Translations under genes and position numbers: made by a program
Assembly (NCBI GenBank): GCA_043780835.1
Contig: JAYWCB010000013.1
Span: forward strand, 13,512-77,511
DNA: 64,000 nucleotides
Direction of reading: 5' to 3'
From: Minisyncoccota bacterium
Lineage (GTDB): Bacteria > Patescibacteriota > Minisyncoccia > Phycocordibacterales > UBA2100
Part shown: in pieces, positions 39,599 through 48,633 of the stretch
How positions within the stretch are numbered: the stretch's first letter is position 1
Layout of the letters: every line of letters begins with the position of its first letter
The notes under the pieces: generated by a model
What the model saw: only the letters and a program-made list of their open reading frames with translations
What the model was told of the DNA's origin: nothing
Databases searched by the model: none

Positions 39599-40810
39599 AT
39601 GAAGAAAATTCTTATTTTCTCGCTCACGTACCATCCGTATGTGGGTGGCGCAGAAGTTGCTCTGAAAGAAATCACGGACCGCTTGCCGGAATACGAATTC
39701 CACATGATCACGCTTCGCTTTGACAGTGCGCTACCGTATGCGGAAGAAAAAGGAAATATTACGCTCTATCGCATCGGGCCCTCGGTTTCGAATCCGACGG
39801 TATCCGACAGGAACATGCCGTTTATGCTGCGTCTCGCTAAATGGCTGTATCCGATCAATGCCGCGCTCACTGCACTCGCGCTGCACCGCACGCAACGCTT
39901 TGACCTGACGTGGTCAATGATGGCGAATCACGCAGGGTTTGCGGGCATGATTTTCAAACTGTTTCATCCAAATGTGCCGCACGTGCTTGAGCTACAGGAT
40001 GGCCGCGCATTTGCAGACATGAAAGATCGTCAGCCGATCCTGCGCCTTATCTGGCCGCTCTATACCCGCGTGTACCGATGTGCGGATGCTATCAAGGTGA
40101 TTTCGAACTTCCTCGCGAATGAAGTACAGAAACTCGGCGTATCCGCGCCGGTGCATATTATTCCCAACGGAGTCGATGTCGCAAAATTTTCCGCACCGAT
40201 TTCAGACGAGCGGATTCTCGATTTGAAAAACAAACTGAATAAAAAAATGGGGGATGTGATTTTGTTCACCGCGTCACGTCTCGTGCTCTCCCGTGGTGTC
40301 GAGGACACCATCCGCGCACTCTCACATTTGCCTGATAACGTGCGGTTTGTCGTGGCGGGTACCGGTGACGACAAAGAAAAACTTGAAACAATCGCTCGCG
40401 AGGCGCAGGTTGCAGATCGTGTGCAGTTCGTGGGGCATGTCGATCACCGAGAACTCCCGGCGTATTACAAAGCGTCGGATATTTTTGTGAGACCGTCGAT
40501 CATCGAAGGTTTCGGGAATGCATTTGTTGAAGCCTTTGCGGCCGGGATTCCGGTGGTTGCAACTGCAGTCGGGGGCATTCCTGATTTTCTTTTTGATCCG
40601 GATAAAAATAGCGACAAACCACCGACGGGGCTTTTTTGTTCGGTCCGTGATCCGGTATCGATTGCCGCAGCGGTGACGCGATACATCGATACTCCGGCAT
40701 TGGTATCAGAGGTTGTCTCAAACGCAAAAATACTGGTCGCAGAAAAGTACGACTGGAATAGTATTGCGAAAATGCAAAAAGATTTCATGTTCGAGGCTCT
40801 CTTAAAATAA
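39599..40810 (+). CDS. Glycosyltransferase family 4 (GT4)
   Basis: EX7E motif region (EGFGNAFVEAFAAGIPVV). The ORF could extend upstream through the repeat to the ATG at 39527 (extra MNPVRNSPPVGPVGAPSAGAISNG). Confidence 0.8.
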   Translation: MKKILIFSLTYHPYVGGAEVALKEITDRLPEYEFHMITLRFDSALPYAEEKGNITLYRIGPSVSNPTVSDRNMPFMLRLAKWLYPINAALTALALHRTQRFDLTWSMMANHAGFAGMIFKLFHPNVPHVLELQDGRAFADMKDRQPILRLIWPLYTRVYRCADAIKVISNFLANEVQKLGVSAPVHIIPNGVDVAKFSAPISDERILDLKNKLNKKMGDVILFTASRLVLSRGVEDTIRALSHLPDNVRFVVAGTGDDKEKLETIAREAQVADRVQFVGHVDHRELPAYYKASDIFVRPSIIEGFGNAFVEAFAAGIPVVATAVGGIPDFLFDPDKNSDKPPTGLFCSVRDPVSIAAAVTRYIDTPALVSEVVSNAKILVAEKYDWNSIAKMQKDFMFEALLK

Positions 40811-41214
40811 TCCTGCGCACCGAAACCGCTTGCGTGCTTCGTATATACGCGCTTATGTGAATACAGCGTCAACCACGGGAGGCTCTGATGGACTCAGTTC
40901 TTACGGCCTACATCGATGCGAATGAACGTGCTGCTCGAGCACATATGGGTCTCGTGCATGCGTCTATGGCGTTTTATCTCACGTTCGTGACGAGGTGCAT
41001 TGTTGAACCATTGCTTGCGGTTTTGCCGCCGTCTGCCGCACAGCGCGCAATTTCCGCAGTGAGACGATCGTCTTTCGGTGCACATGTGGTCATCGAGACC
41101 AATGTACCGCAATGGAATCTGCGCGCATAAGCGGAACTGGCGCGATGGAAAATCGGTGATAGTTTAACGATAGGCATAGCGTTCAATTGTGCCTCAACGG
41201 AAAGGAGTGACAGA

Positions 41215-41391
41215 ATGACAACCATCTGCACCTCAAGGCCCGAAGCGGATGCGCGTCTTTTATATCCACCGCTCGCACGCGAAGTTGCCCAATTCTGGGC
41301 CGGCGCTCTGGATACCACTGTGCTCTTGCCGTTCAATATCTGGTTTCGAATTGTGTTTGCAATAACTCCTCGGAAACCGGAAACTGCATAG
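41215..41391 (+). CDS. Possible small ORF (58 aa)
   Basis: AAAGGAG RBS 7 nt upstream of the ATG. Not in the ORF track (under 60 aa). Weak support. Confidence 0.25.
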   Translation: MTTICTSRPEADARLLYPPLAREVAQFWAGALDTTVLLPFNIWFRIVFAITPRKPETA

Positions 41392-41472
41392 CCCTCAGTG
41401 CTGACCTGAACCTTTTTTGATGGCGTGCTACATCTCGTAGCGCGCCATCATGCTTTGCGCTATGGTGACCTC

Positions 41473-41757
41473 ATGAATCCCGTTAGAGATTCTGACAATT
41501 GGTACACCTATGTTTTGCGTAGTAAAAAGGACCAGAAATGGTATACAGGGTTCACGCACGATCTTCGGAAGCGCTTCAAAGAGCATAGCGATGGTCAGAG
41601 CGTGTCAACAAAAAACCGTGGCCCATTTGAGCTCATATATTATGAAATGTGTCGGAATGAAACAGATGCAAGGTCGAGAGAATTATTTCTTAAATCGGGA
41701 ATGGGCAAGCGTTTCCTCAAAACTCGTATGAAGCGCTTCCTATCTCTAACGGGATGA
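41473..41757 (+). CDS. GIY-YIG nuclease-family small protein (UPF0213/YhbQ-like)
   Basis: WYTYVLRS...WYTGFTHDLRKRFKEHSDG...FELIYYEMCRNETDARSRELFLK matches the GIY-YIG core. The N-terminal MNPVRD and C-terminal SLTG residues are encoded by the inverted-repeat arms. The stop overlaps the next gene's ATG (ATGA). Confidence 0.75.
   Translation: MNPVRDSDNWYTYVLRSKKDQKWYTGFTHDLRKRFKEHSDGQSVSTKNRGPFELIYYEMCRNETDARSRELFLKSGMGKRFLKTRMKRFLSLTG
41476..41753 (+). repeat. Hairpin-forming inverted-repeat element, copy 2 (arms ATCCCGTTAGAGAT / ATCTCTAACGGGAT) carrying a GIY-YIG ORF
   Basis: 14-bp perfect IR. Flanking direct ATGAA at 41473 and 41754. The loop region equals the GIY-YIG coding sequence. Confidence 0.7.
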
Positions 41758-42746
41758 AGGTGGTAATAGCGACCGGAATATTCCCGCCCGAAGTGGGCGG
41801 TCCTGCGTTTTACTCCAAGAGCCTCTCCGAAGCGCTCAGTGCACAAGGACACGACGTGCGCGTTGTGTTGTATGGAACTTTAAAGTCGTGGCCGAGCGGG
41901 CTTCGTCACGCGCTGTACTGTTTTAAGCTTATGCGGCATGCATTTGGTGCAACATCTATCATCGCGTTCGATACATATTCTGTCGGATTGCCTGCGGTCG
42001 TTGCGGGGATGTTGATGCGAGTGCCGGTCACGATTCGCATCGGCGGGGATTTTATATGGGAAATGTATACCGAGCGCACGGGCGATTTAATACCACTTAC
42101 GGAGATTTATCATGAGCGGGGACGATGGGACTCGAAAGAACGTTTTATCTTCCGAGTGCAGCGCTGGGTCATTCCGCGTGCGACACTCGCGTTTTCGTGC
42201 GCATGGATCCGCGACTTGTGGAAAGATGTCTATTCATTTGATGACACGCAAACAAGTGTTATCGAAAATCCGATACCGCAGAAGCTCGAATCTAAGAAGC
42301 CGCTTCGAAAGAATTTTGCGTTTTACACGCGGCAGATCGCACTCAAGAATAACGATGCGTTCCGCCGAGCGTTTAATCGCGCAAAAAATGTGCACCCCGA
42401 CATTGAGCTCGAAGAGGGCATGGTGCCAAAGGACGATCTGATGCGCCGCATGCAGGAATGCTACGCGGTTGTGCTCCCGTCAATCTCCGACGTGACGCCG
42501 AATTACATAATCGACGCGATACGATGTGGAAAACCTTTTTTGCTGACGAAATACAGTGGCTACGCCGAGCGGTTCAAGGAGTATGGTGTGATCGTGGATC
42601 CGTTAAGCGAAGAGGATATGACCCGGGGCATCATGGCACTTGCCGAAGAAAAGACGTATGACATCTACAAAAAACGGCTTGCGGAGTTCGACACCGTACG
42701 CACGTTTGATGACATCGCGCGCGAGTTTATCGCGCTTACGAACTGA
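41754..42746 (+). CDS. Glycosyltransferase (GT4-like)
   Basis: N-terminus MKVVIATGIFPPEVGGPAFYSKSL is typical of the GT4 N-domain. Confidence 0.75.
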   Translation: MKVVIATGIFPPEVGGPAFYSKSLSEALSAQGHDVRVVLYGTLKSWPSGLRHALYCFKLMRHAFGATSIIAFDTYSVGLPAVVAGMLMRVPVTIRIGGDFIWEMYTERTGDLIPLTEIYHERGRWDSKERFIFRVQRWVIPRATLAFSCAWIRDLWKDVYSFDDTQTSVIENPIPQKLESKKPLRKNFAFYTRQIALKNNDAFRRAFNRAKNVHPDIELEEGMVPKDDLMRRMQECYAVVLPSISDVTPNYIIDAIRCGKPFLLTKYSGYAERFKEYGVIVDPLSEEDMTRGIMALAEEKTYDIYKKRLAEFDTVRTFDDIAREFIALTN

Positions 42747-43497
42747 CCTTCTTCGCCTTTACGATAAAAGCGGTCCCAAGAAATCGAAGTGGGGTGCGAT
42801 CGAGATGCTCGCACACTTTCGACAACCACACGGTGAATTTTGGGAGAAGTCTATCAAGCGGAAAGGGAACGAGTTTAAAATTGTAGTAGAGGACTTCCGT
42901 CGTCTCTAATCCGTGCTCACGTTGGAGTGCGATTACATGTTCGTGCGTGTATTCGCGGTGCAGCAAAATCTTCTTTTTACCCGGTTGTACGATAGATACT
43001 AAAAAACGGAGGAAGCGATTCCAGAGCCGCCACGGACTACGCACATTCGGGTAGGTGATGATTGATATACCGTCGTCTTTTAAAATACGGTTCGTTTCTT
43101 TGAGGTATCGCGGTTCGTCGTCGAGGTATTCAATAAGCCCCATTGCGGTCACGATGTCGAACGCTTTATCTGGAACAGCAAGCACATACGCATCGCCCAC
43201 TGCACATGTAACATGCGGGTCACCGGCCGCTTCTTGTTTTGCGAGCTCCACCATATCCGGTGCGGCATCAATCGCGGTCACCTCGTAGTGCTTTGCGCGC
43301 AAACCTTTGATCATAATGCCCGGCCCGCACGCGAGATCGAGAATGTGCAGCCCCGCGCCGTCCGGGAGCATATCGAGCACCTTTTCGCGCCGCACTCGAA
43401 ATGAGTAGCCTTCGGGTGTTTCGTCCGTGTACCAGCCGAGGTAGGTCTTACTTAAGTCATTGAAATATGTCACCTCTGTTCTTCGATCTGTAGTCAT
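42736..43497 (-). CDS. Class I SAM-dependent methyltransferase
   Basis: Motif I ILDLACGPGIM. Confidence 0.8.
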   Translation of the reverse strand: MTTDRRTEVTYFNDLSKTYLGWYTDETPEGYSFRVRREKVLDMLPDGAGLHILDLACGPGIMIKGLRAKHYEVTAIDAAPDMVELAKQEAAGDPHVTCAVGDAYVLAVPDKAFDIVTAMGLIEYLDDEPRYLKETNRILKDDGISIITYPNVRSPWRLWNRFLRFLVSIVQPGKKKILLHREYTHEHVIALQREHGLETTEVLYYNFKLVPFPLDRLLPKFTVWLSKVCEHLDRTPLRFLGTAFIVKAKKVSS

Positions 43498-44462
43498 AGT
43501 CGTGATTTCAGGAATAATCGCACACCGCTCAGTATATTGGCAAATGTCGCAAAGTCCTCCGTCGCATCGAGCGCGAATCGATGAAGCCGATACGGCGAAG
43601 TCGTCGCATCGTTTACGCCCTCGATGGTAGTGAGAGCGTATGCAAAACCTGCCTCTTTCAACAGCACTTCGGTATCAGCATTCCAATCGCCTGATTGACC
43701 GTTGGGATACGCGAATACCGACGAAACAGTCACTCCGAGCGCTTCCAGATCGTGCTTTGAGCCCAGGATTTCATCTCGTTGTTCAGTGGTAGATTGTGTG
43801 GCCAAAATCGGATGCGTTTTGGTATGCGCCCCGAACGATATGCCATGCGTCTGCATCTCTAGGATCTCACTCTCTGAGAGCGGAGCGTACACCGCTCGAT
43901 CGTCGTCAAAATCTTCGAATTTCGTCCAACCGATTTGTTCGACGTTGCGCAGGTCGTGTTCGAGCATCAATGGTGAAAGTTTCTTGAACCGATCCCGGGT
44001 CTCGGCATCAAGCGCAATTTTCTCGGCATACGTGCCCTCGTCTTTTCCGATTGCATATTCGAGCCGATCGACCCACAAGGGAACTGATCGACACACGAAG
44101 TCTGTTGCGAGATATACGATAGCAGGAATGCCGCGTGCGCGCAGGATGGGAAACGCATGTGTGTAGAAATTTTTGTAGCCGTCATCAAATGTAATCACGA
44201 GCGCATTTTCCGGAAGCGTTCCCGCGATCATGCGCTGCGCCGCCTCTTCCATGGGCAGTATTGTGTACCGATTTTTCATGTATTCGATCTGTTGGGCGAA
44301 GCTTTCCGGCGTAATGAATTTGCCCCGGTAATTGTAAATGCCCGAGTCAATACGGGGTGCTACACCGTGATACAGTACGATCGTAAGCGAATGTTTATGC
44401 CTAGTACGGAACAAAGCGGGGACACCGCACAGATACAACAGTCGAAAGAAGAGGCGCTTCAT
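43494..44462 (-). CDS. Polysaccharide deacetylase (NodB-homology, CE4)
   Basis: NodB motifs (VITFDDGYKNFY, H-rich motif region). The likely start MKRLFF is at 44462. The listed ORF extends to 44498 through the repeat arm (MRHCRPRPISNG). Confidence 0.8.
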   Translation of the reverse strand: MKRLFFRLLYLCGVPALFRTRHKHSLTIVLYHGVAPRIDSGIYNYRGKFITPESFAQQIEYMKNRYTILPMEEAAQRMIAGTLPENALVITFDDGYKNFYTHAFPILRARGIPAIVYLATDFVCRSVPLWVDRLEYAIGKDEGTYAEKIALDAETRDRFKKLSPLMLEHDLRNVEQIGWTKFEDFDDDRAVYAPLSESEILEMQTHGISFGAHTKTHPILATQSTTEQRDEILGSKHDLEALGVTVSSVFAYPNGQSGDWNADTEVLLKEAGFAYALTTIEGVNDATTSPYRLHRFALDATEDFATFANILSGVRLFLKSRL

Positions 44463-44573
44463 CCCGTTAGAAATAGGACGCGGACGACAATGTCGCACAC
44501 CCTAAACCGCTATGCCCAATAAAGACGACCATATGGAAGATAGTACCAGCGCGTCCGCGATTTCTAACGGGAT
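44463..44573 (-). repeat. Hairpin-forming inverted-repeat element, copy 3 (opposite orientation; arms ATTTCTAACGGGAT / ATCCCGTTAGAAAT)
   Basis: 14-15-bp IR flanking an 85-nt segment. In minus-strand orientation the flanks read ATGAAT...ATGAAG, as in copies 1 and 2. The minus-strand deacetylase gene starts at the duplicated ATG. Confidence 0.7.
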
Positions 44574-44691
44574 TCATCCGCTGCATTATAGGCCATATTC
44601 GGTACTCACTGTAGGTACTGAGCTCGCCGTGCTTTCCCCTGAGTCGCCGGTACGAAAACGAATTTTTTCATATGGTAGGTATTTCAAGGCA

Positions 44692-45669
44692 ATGCACATT
44701 GTGCTCATGAGTGGAATTACCGGTCAGGGTAATGCGCACGACGAAAACGTGACGGTGTACCCGACGAATTCACCGTCAAAAATACTTCGCTACTTTGACG
44801 CCCTCAAGATCGGCAAGACAATTGCAGGAATCGACATTGTTTCGTCGCAGGACCCGTTTGAGATCGGATTTATTTCCTGGCGTATCTCGCGACACCACAA
44901 GGTGCCGCTGCATGTGCAGGTACATACTGACTTTCTTTCACCGGAATACGCCGCGCATTCAATCATCAATTTGATACGGGTCGTGATCGCAGGATTTATT
45001 TTGCATCGTGCGGCACATGTACGCGTTGTTTCAAAAGAAGTCGCGGATCGCATCATCGCAAAGTACGGGACAAAAATCCCGCTTTCAATACTACCGATTT
45101 ACGTAGATCTCGAACGGTTCCGTTCCGCAACGGTTCCCGTGTCGATGTCGCAACGATTCCTCACATTTCCGCACAAGGTTCTGGTGGTTGCGCGATTTGA
45201 GCCTGAGAAAAATGTGCTGTTGGCAATTGATGCGTTTTTTGAAGGTGCACCGAAAGACGCGTGCCTCATAATCCTCGGCGAGGGGAGCGAGTATACGATG
45301 CTCGAGCGGCGTGTCACCAAACTCGGGCTTGATGCACGCGTGTTTTTTGAGGGGTACAAAGACCCATCGCCGTATTACGCGCTTGCCGATATCGTGCTCG
45401 TGCCGTCCGTGTATGAGGGCTACGGACAAGTGATAATTGAGGCACTCGCGGCACATAAACCGGTCCTTTCAACGGATGTGGGAATTGCAAAAGAAAGCGG
45501 CGCGATGATCGCCGCACCCGAGCAATTCGGCGCTGCACTGAAGGCGTGGTACGAAAACGGACCGCGAACGGCAGAACTCGTAAACTACCCGTACCCGTCA
45601 CTTCAAGATTACGTGGAGAAATATTGCGACGACATCGCATCTGTTAAAAAAGAAAAAACCGCGGTGTAA
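44692..45669 (+). CDS. Glycosyltransferase family 4 (GT4)
   Basis: C-terminal GT4 motif VPSVYEGYGQVIIEALAAHKPVLSTDVG. The start is taken at MHIVLMSG. The listed ORF extends upstream to 44512 through the repeat (..AISNGIHP..). Confidence 0.75.
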   Translation: MHIVLMSGITGQGNAHDENVTVYPTNSPSKILRYFDALKIGKTIAGIDIVSSQDPFEIGFISWRISRHHKVPLHVQVHTDFLSPEYAAHSIINLIRVVIAGFILHRAAHVRVVSKEVADRIIAKYGTKIPLSILPIYVDLERFRSATVPVSMSQRFLTFPHKVLVVARFEPEKNVLLAIDAFFEGAPKDACLIILGEGSEYTMLERRVTKLGLDARVFFEGYKDPSPYYALADIVLVPSVYEGYGQVIIEALAAHKPVLSTDVGIAKESGAMIAAPEQFGAALKAWYENGPRTAELVNYPYPSLQDYVEKYCDDIASVKKEKTAV

Positions 45670-45690
45670 CCCGCGGTTTTTTTACACAAA
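45656..45690. terminator. Bidirectional intrinsic terminator
   Basis: aaaaaaccgcggtgtaacccgcggttttttt. Confidence 0.6.
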
Positions 45691-45751
45691 GGCACCTCTC
45701 ACAAGCTGGTGCTTTTGGCAATGTTGCGATAGCCCAATGAATACGCCATAA

Positions 45752-46687
45752 TTGGCCACTATGAAGAAGCTACCCCTAAAAAAGACGTCAAAAAAGGGGC
45801 CTCTCGTCGGGTTTGTTGGTCAGGGCTGGCTCGGAAAAAACTATGCAGACGATTTTGAAAAGAGAGGCTATTCGGTGATTCGCTACTCATTGGAAGAACC
45901 GCATGTAAAGAATAGGGACGCAATTTCAACCTGCGATATTGTTTTTATCGCGGTGCCTACGCCGACGACACCGAAAGGTTTTCAGGACCACATTGTGCGC
46001 GAGGCTCTCGCACACGTGGGGAATGGAAAGATTGCCGTCATTCGCTCAACACTGATGCCGGGAACGTTGCGCTCGATGCAAAAGCAGTATCCCAAGAAGA
46101 TTCTCATGCATGCACCTGAATTCTTGAGCAGAATTACTGCGGCAGATGATGCCGCGCATCCGGCACAAAATATTATTGGCATAGCGCGGGCGACACCTGC
46201 CTACACGGCGGCGGCAAAGAAGGTCCTCGCAGTGATGCCAAAAGCGCCGTCCATGATTGTTTCTGCGGAGACCGCCGAACTCTACAAATACGTGCACAAC
46301 ACGTCATTGTTTGCACGCTCAATTTTTATGAATCTACTTTATGAGATAGCTGTCGGATTTGGCGTTGATTGGGATGATATAAAACGTGCCATCCAGCGAG
46401 ATCCGATGATCGCGTTTCAGGTGGAAAATGTATCGCACTGGCATATTGAGCCGCGACACACGGGGGGACGCGGCATCGGCGGTGATTGTCATATCAAAGA
46501 TATCGAGACACTCTCGCGTGTGTACGCGCAGGTTGTTGGTGACACGGACGGAACAAAGGCCATCGATGCGATGAAGCGCAAAAACATTCATTTACTTTTG
46601 CAGAGCAAAAAAGATCTGCACTTGCTTGAAGGTGTATACGGCACACAGGTACACAAAAAGATTTTAAAGAAAGGTTCAAAGAAATAG
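45752..46687 (+). CDS. UDP-glucose/GDP-mannose dehydrogenase-family protein, short (311 aa)
   Basis: N-terminal NAD-binding motif (GFVGQGWLG), IAVPTP motif and a catalytic-Cys motif GGDCHIKD. The usual C-terminal UDP-binding domain is missing. The stop lies 1 nt before repeat copy 4. Confidence 0.65.
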   Translation: MATMKKLPLKKTSKKGPLVGFVGQGWLGKNYADDFEKRGYSVIRYSLEEPHVKNRDAISTCDIVFIAVPTPTTPKGFQDHIVREALAHVGNGKIAVIRSTLMPGTLRSMQKQYPKKILMHAPEFLSRITAADDAAHPAQNIIGIARATPAYTAAAKKVLAVMPKAPSMIVSAETAELYKYVHNTSLFARSIFMNLLYEIAVGFGVDWDDIKRAIQRDPMIAFQVENVSHWHIEPRHTGGRGIGGDCHIKDIETLSRVYAQVVGDTDGTKAIDAMKRKNIHLLLQSKKDLHLLEGVYGTQVHKKILKKGSKK

Positions 46688-46691
46688 TATG

Positions 46692-46810
46692 CGTCCCGTT
46701 AGAGGCCGCGGAAGCTACCGCATGTTTTTGTTCACGGTATAGTGTTTTACATGAACGAACCTACGCAGAGCGAGCGGGTTCGGGAAGCGACGCTTCCTGC
46801 CTCTAACGGG
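46692..46810 (+). repeat. Hairpin-forming inverted-repeat element, copy 4 (arms GTCCCGTTAGAGGC / GCCTCTAACGGGAT)
   Basis: 13-14-bp IR with compensatory changes relative to the other copies. Flanking direct ATGCG at 46689 and 46811. The downstream ATG starts a GT gene. Confidence 0.7.
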
Positions 46811-47842
46811 ATGCGCCTTTTGATCGTCACACAGGCGGTCGACACAAAGGATCCGGTACTCGGTTTTTTTCACCGATGGATCGAGGAAATGGCAGCGCAC
46901 ACGGAGCGCGCGCACGTGATCTGTCTCAAAGAGGGTACGCACTCGCTGCCTGCACATGTGACCGTGCATTCATTGGGAAAGGAGACGGGTCGCTCTCGTC
47001 TCAAATACGTCTTACGGTTTTATTCGTATATATGGCGCTTACGAGGCGAGTATGACGCGGTGTATGTGCACATGAATCAAGAATACGTGCTGCTGGGAGG
47101 TTTGTTGTGGAGGCTCCTCGGTAAAAAAATCGTGCTGTGGCGCAATCATAAGATCGGTACGGTGTGGACGAACATTGCTTGTGTACTTTCAAATACCGTC
47201 TGCTTCACCTCTGGCGCCGCGTATGTTGCGCGTGAACGTAACGCGGTTCAAATGCCGATCGGTGTAGACACGACACTGTTCGCGCCGCGCGGTGCTGTGC
47301 TTGCGCGATCAGTTCTGTTCCTCGGGCGTCTTGATCCCGTAAAGAATGTGCACTTGTTCGTCTCTGCGCTCACAAAAATGTACGAGTCAGGAGAAGTATT
47401 CAAGGCGGCAATATACGGTTCACCGACGGATCCGAGATCAAAATATGCGCACGATGTGCGAAATCAAGCAACTGTCCTCGCGACCGAAGGAGTCCTGAGT
47501 GTACACGACGGCGTGACCAACGACGATGCCGCAAAGCTCTTCGCGGAACACGAAGTGTACGTAAACCTCACACCCTCGGGAAGTTTCGACAAGACAATCG
47601 GTGAGGCAATGTCAGCGGGTGCGATTGTCGTAGCGATGAACGCTGAGGTACAGCCGGTGCTGCCAGCGTCTCTTTTTGTACACGATGAAACACCCGAGAG
47701 TGCTGCGTATGCAATTACCGCAGCACTTGCACTCCCATCAGTGGAGCGCGATCGGATCGTCAATATTTCGCGTCGCTACATCAGCGATGAGCATTCACTT
47801 ACAAAGCTCGTTACAAAACTCATGCCGTTGCTATCTACCTAG
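46811..47842 (+). CDS. Glycosyltransferase (GT4-like)
   Basis: The start MRLLIVTQ sits directly at the repeat's 3' flank. GT-B fold-like sequence. Confidence 0.7.
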   Translation: MRLLIVTQAVDTKDPVLGFFHRWIEEMAAHTERAHVICLKEGTHSLPAHVTVHSLGKETGRSRLKYVLRFYSYIWRLRGEYDAVYVHMNQEYVLLGGLLWRLLGKKIVLWRNHKIGTVWTNIACVLSNTVCFTSGAAYVARERNAVQMPIGVDTTLFAPRGAVLARSVLFLGRLDPVKNVHLFVSALTKMYESGEVFKAAIYGSPTDPRSKYAHDVRNQATVLATEGVLSVHDGVTNDDAAKLFAEHEVYVNLTPSGSFDKTIGEAMSAGAIVVAMNAEVQPVLPASLFVHDETPESAAYAITAALALPSVERDRIVNISRRYISDEHSLTKLVTKLMPLLST

Positions 47843-48633
47843 CGTCGAGCGTAAATAAATTTGTACGGCACTGGTGCGCGCGAGACTTTGAATCCTTTTT
47901 GTGCGAGGAGCACGTCGAGTTCCTCGGGTTGATGACTTTCGACACGGTGCCACTGCAAAAGTACCGAATCGATCTTTGAGAACATCTCATCAGTGAGTCC
48001 GCCGAGTATCTCGTATTCCGCACCTTCGCAATTCATTTTCAAAATACTGCATCGCTCAATACCATACGCATCGAATAGTTCTTTCATGGTCATGCACGGC
48101 ACCGAAATACCTTCGTTCAGATCACGTCCCGCGCGTTTAAACAATGAGCTTGATACGCCACCACCTTCGTCGAGGAAGAGGAGTCGTTCGCTGCTCGAGT
48201 TGGCGACCGCTTTTTCAATGCATACGATACGGCTTTCCAACGCGTTTGCGGCGACGCTTTTTTGCAGATAGGTAAATACTGCAGGATTCGGCTCAAGGGC
48301 AAATATACGGGCCCTCGGGGCTTTGAGGGCAGCGTAGACTGCGTATGTACCGATGTGTGCCCCAACGTCGATCACAACTGGATCTGCTATGTTCGCGATC
48401 TCACCGAGGTCTCCGTATACTTTGTCACTCCAGACAGCCGTGAGGTCGTCGATGCCCCATCCGCGCTTGTCCGCAACATAGACGGGACCCTGCCGGAGTT
48501 TCAGGTACGTGTCGCCGGAAAACGCAGAGATACGGAATTTTTGTAAAAACATCTGCGGCCAATTGCTGAGCAAGTTCCACGTGCGTATGAACCAGTGGAC
48601 ATGCATCTGTACGGTCAGGAGGATCTTTTTCAT
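47839..48633 (-). CDS. FkbM-family methyltransferase
   Basis: VIDVGAHIGTYAVYAA...IFALEPNP (Methyltransf_21 motif). Confidence 0.8.
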   Translation of the reverse strand: MKKILLTVQMHVHWFIRTWNLLSNWPQMFLQKFRISAFSGDTYLKLRQGPVYVADKRGWGIDDLTAVWSDKVYGDLGEIANIADPVVIDVGAHIGTYAVYAALKAPRARIFALEPNPAVFTYLQKSVAANALESRIVCIEKAVANSSSERLLFLDEGGGVSSSLFKRAGRDLNEGISVPCMTMKELFDAYGIERCSILKMNCEGAEYEILGGLTDEMFSKIDSVLLQWHRVESHQPEELDVLLAQKGFKVSRAPVPYKFIYARR

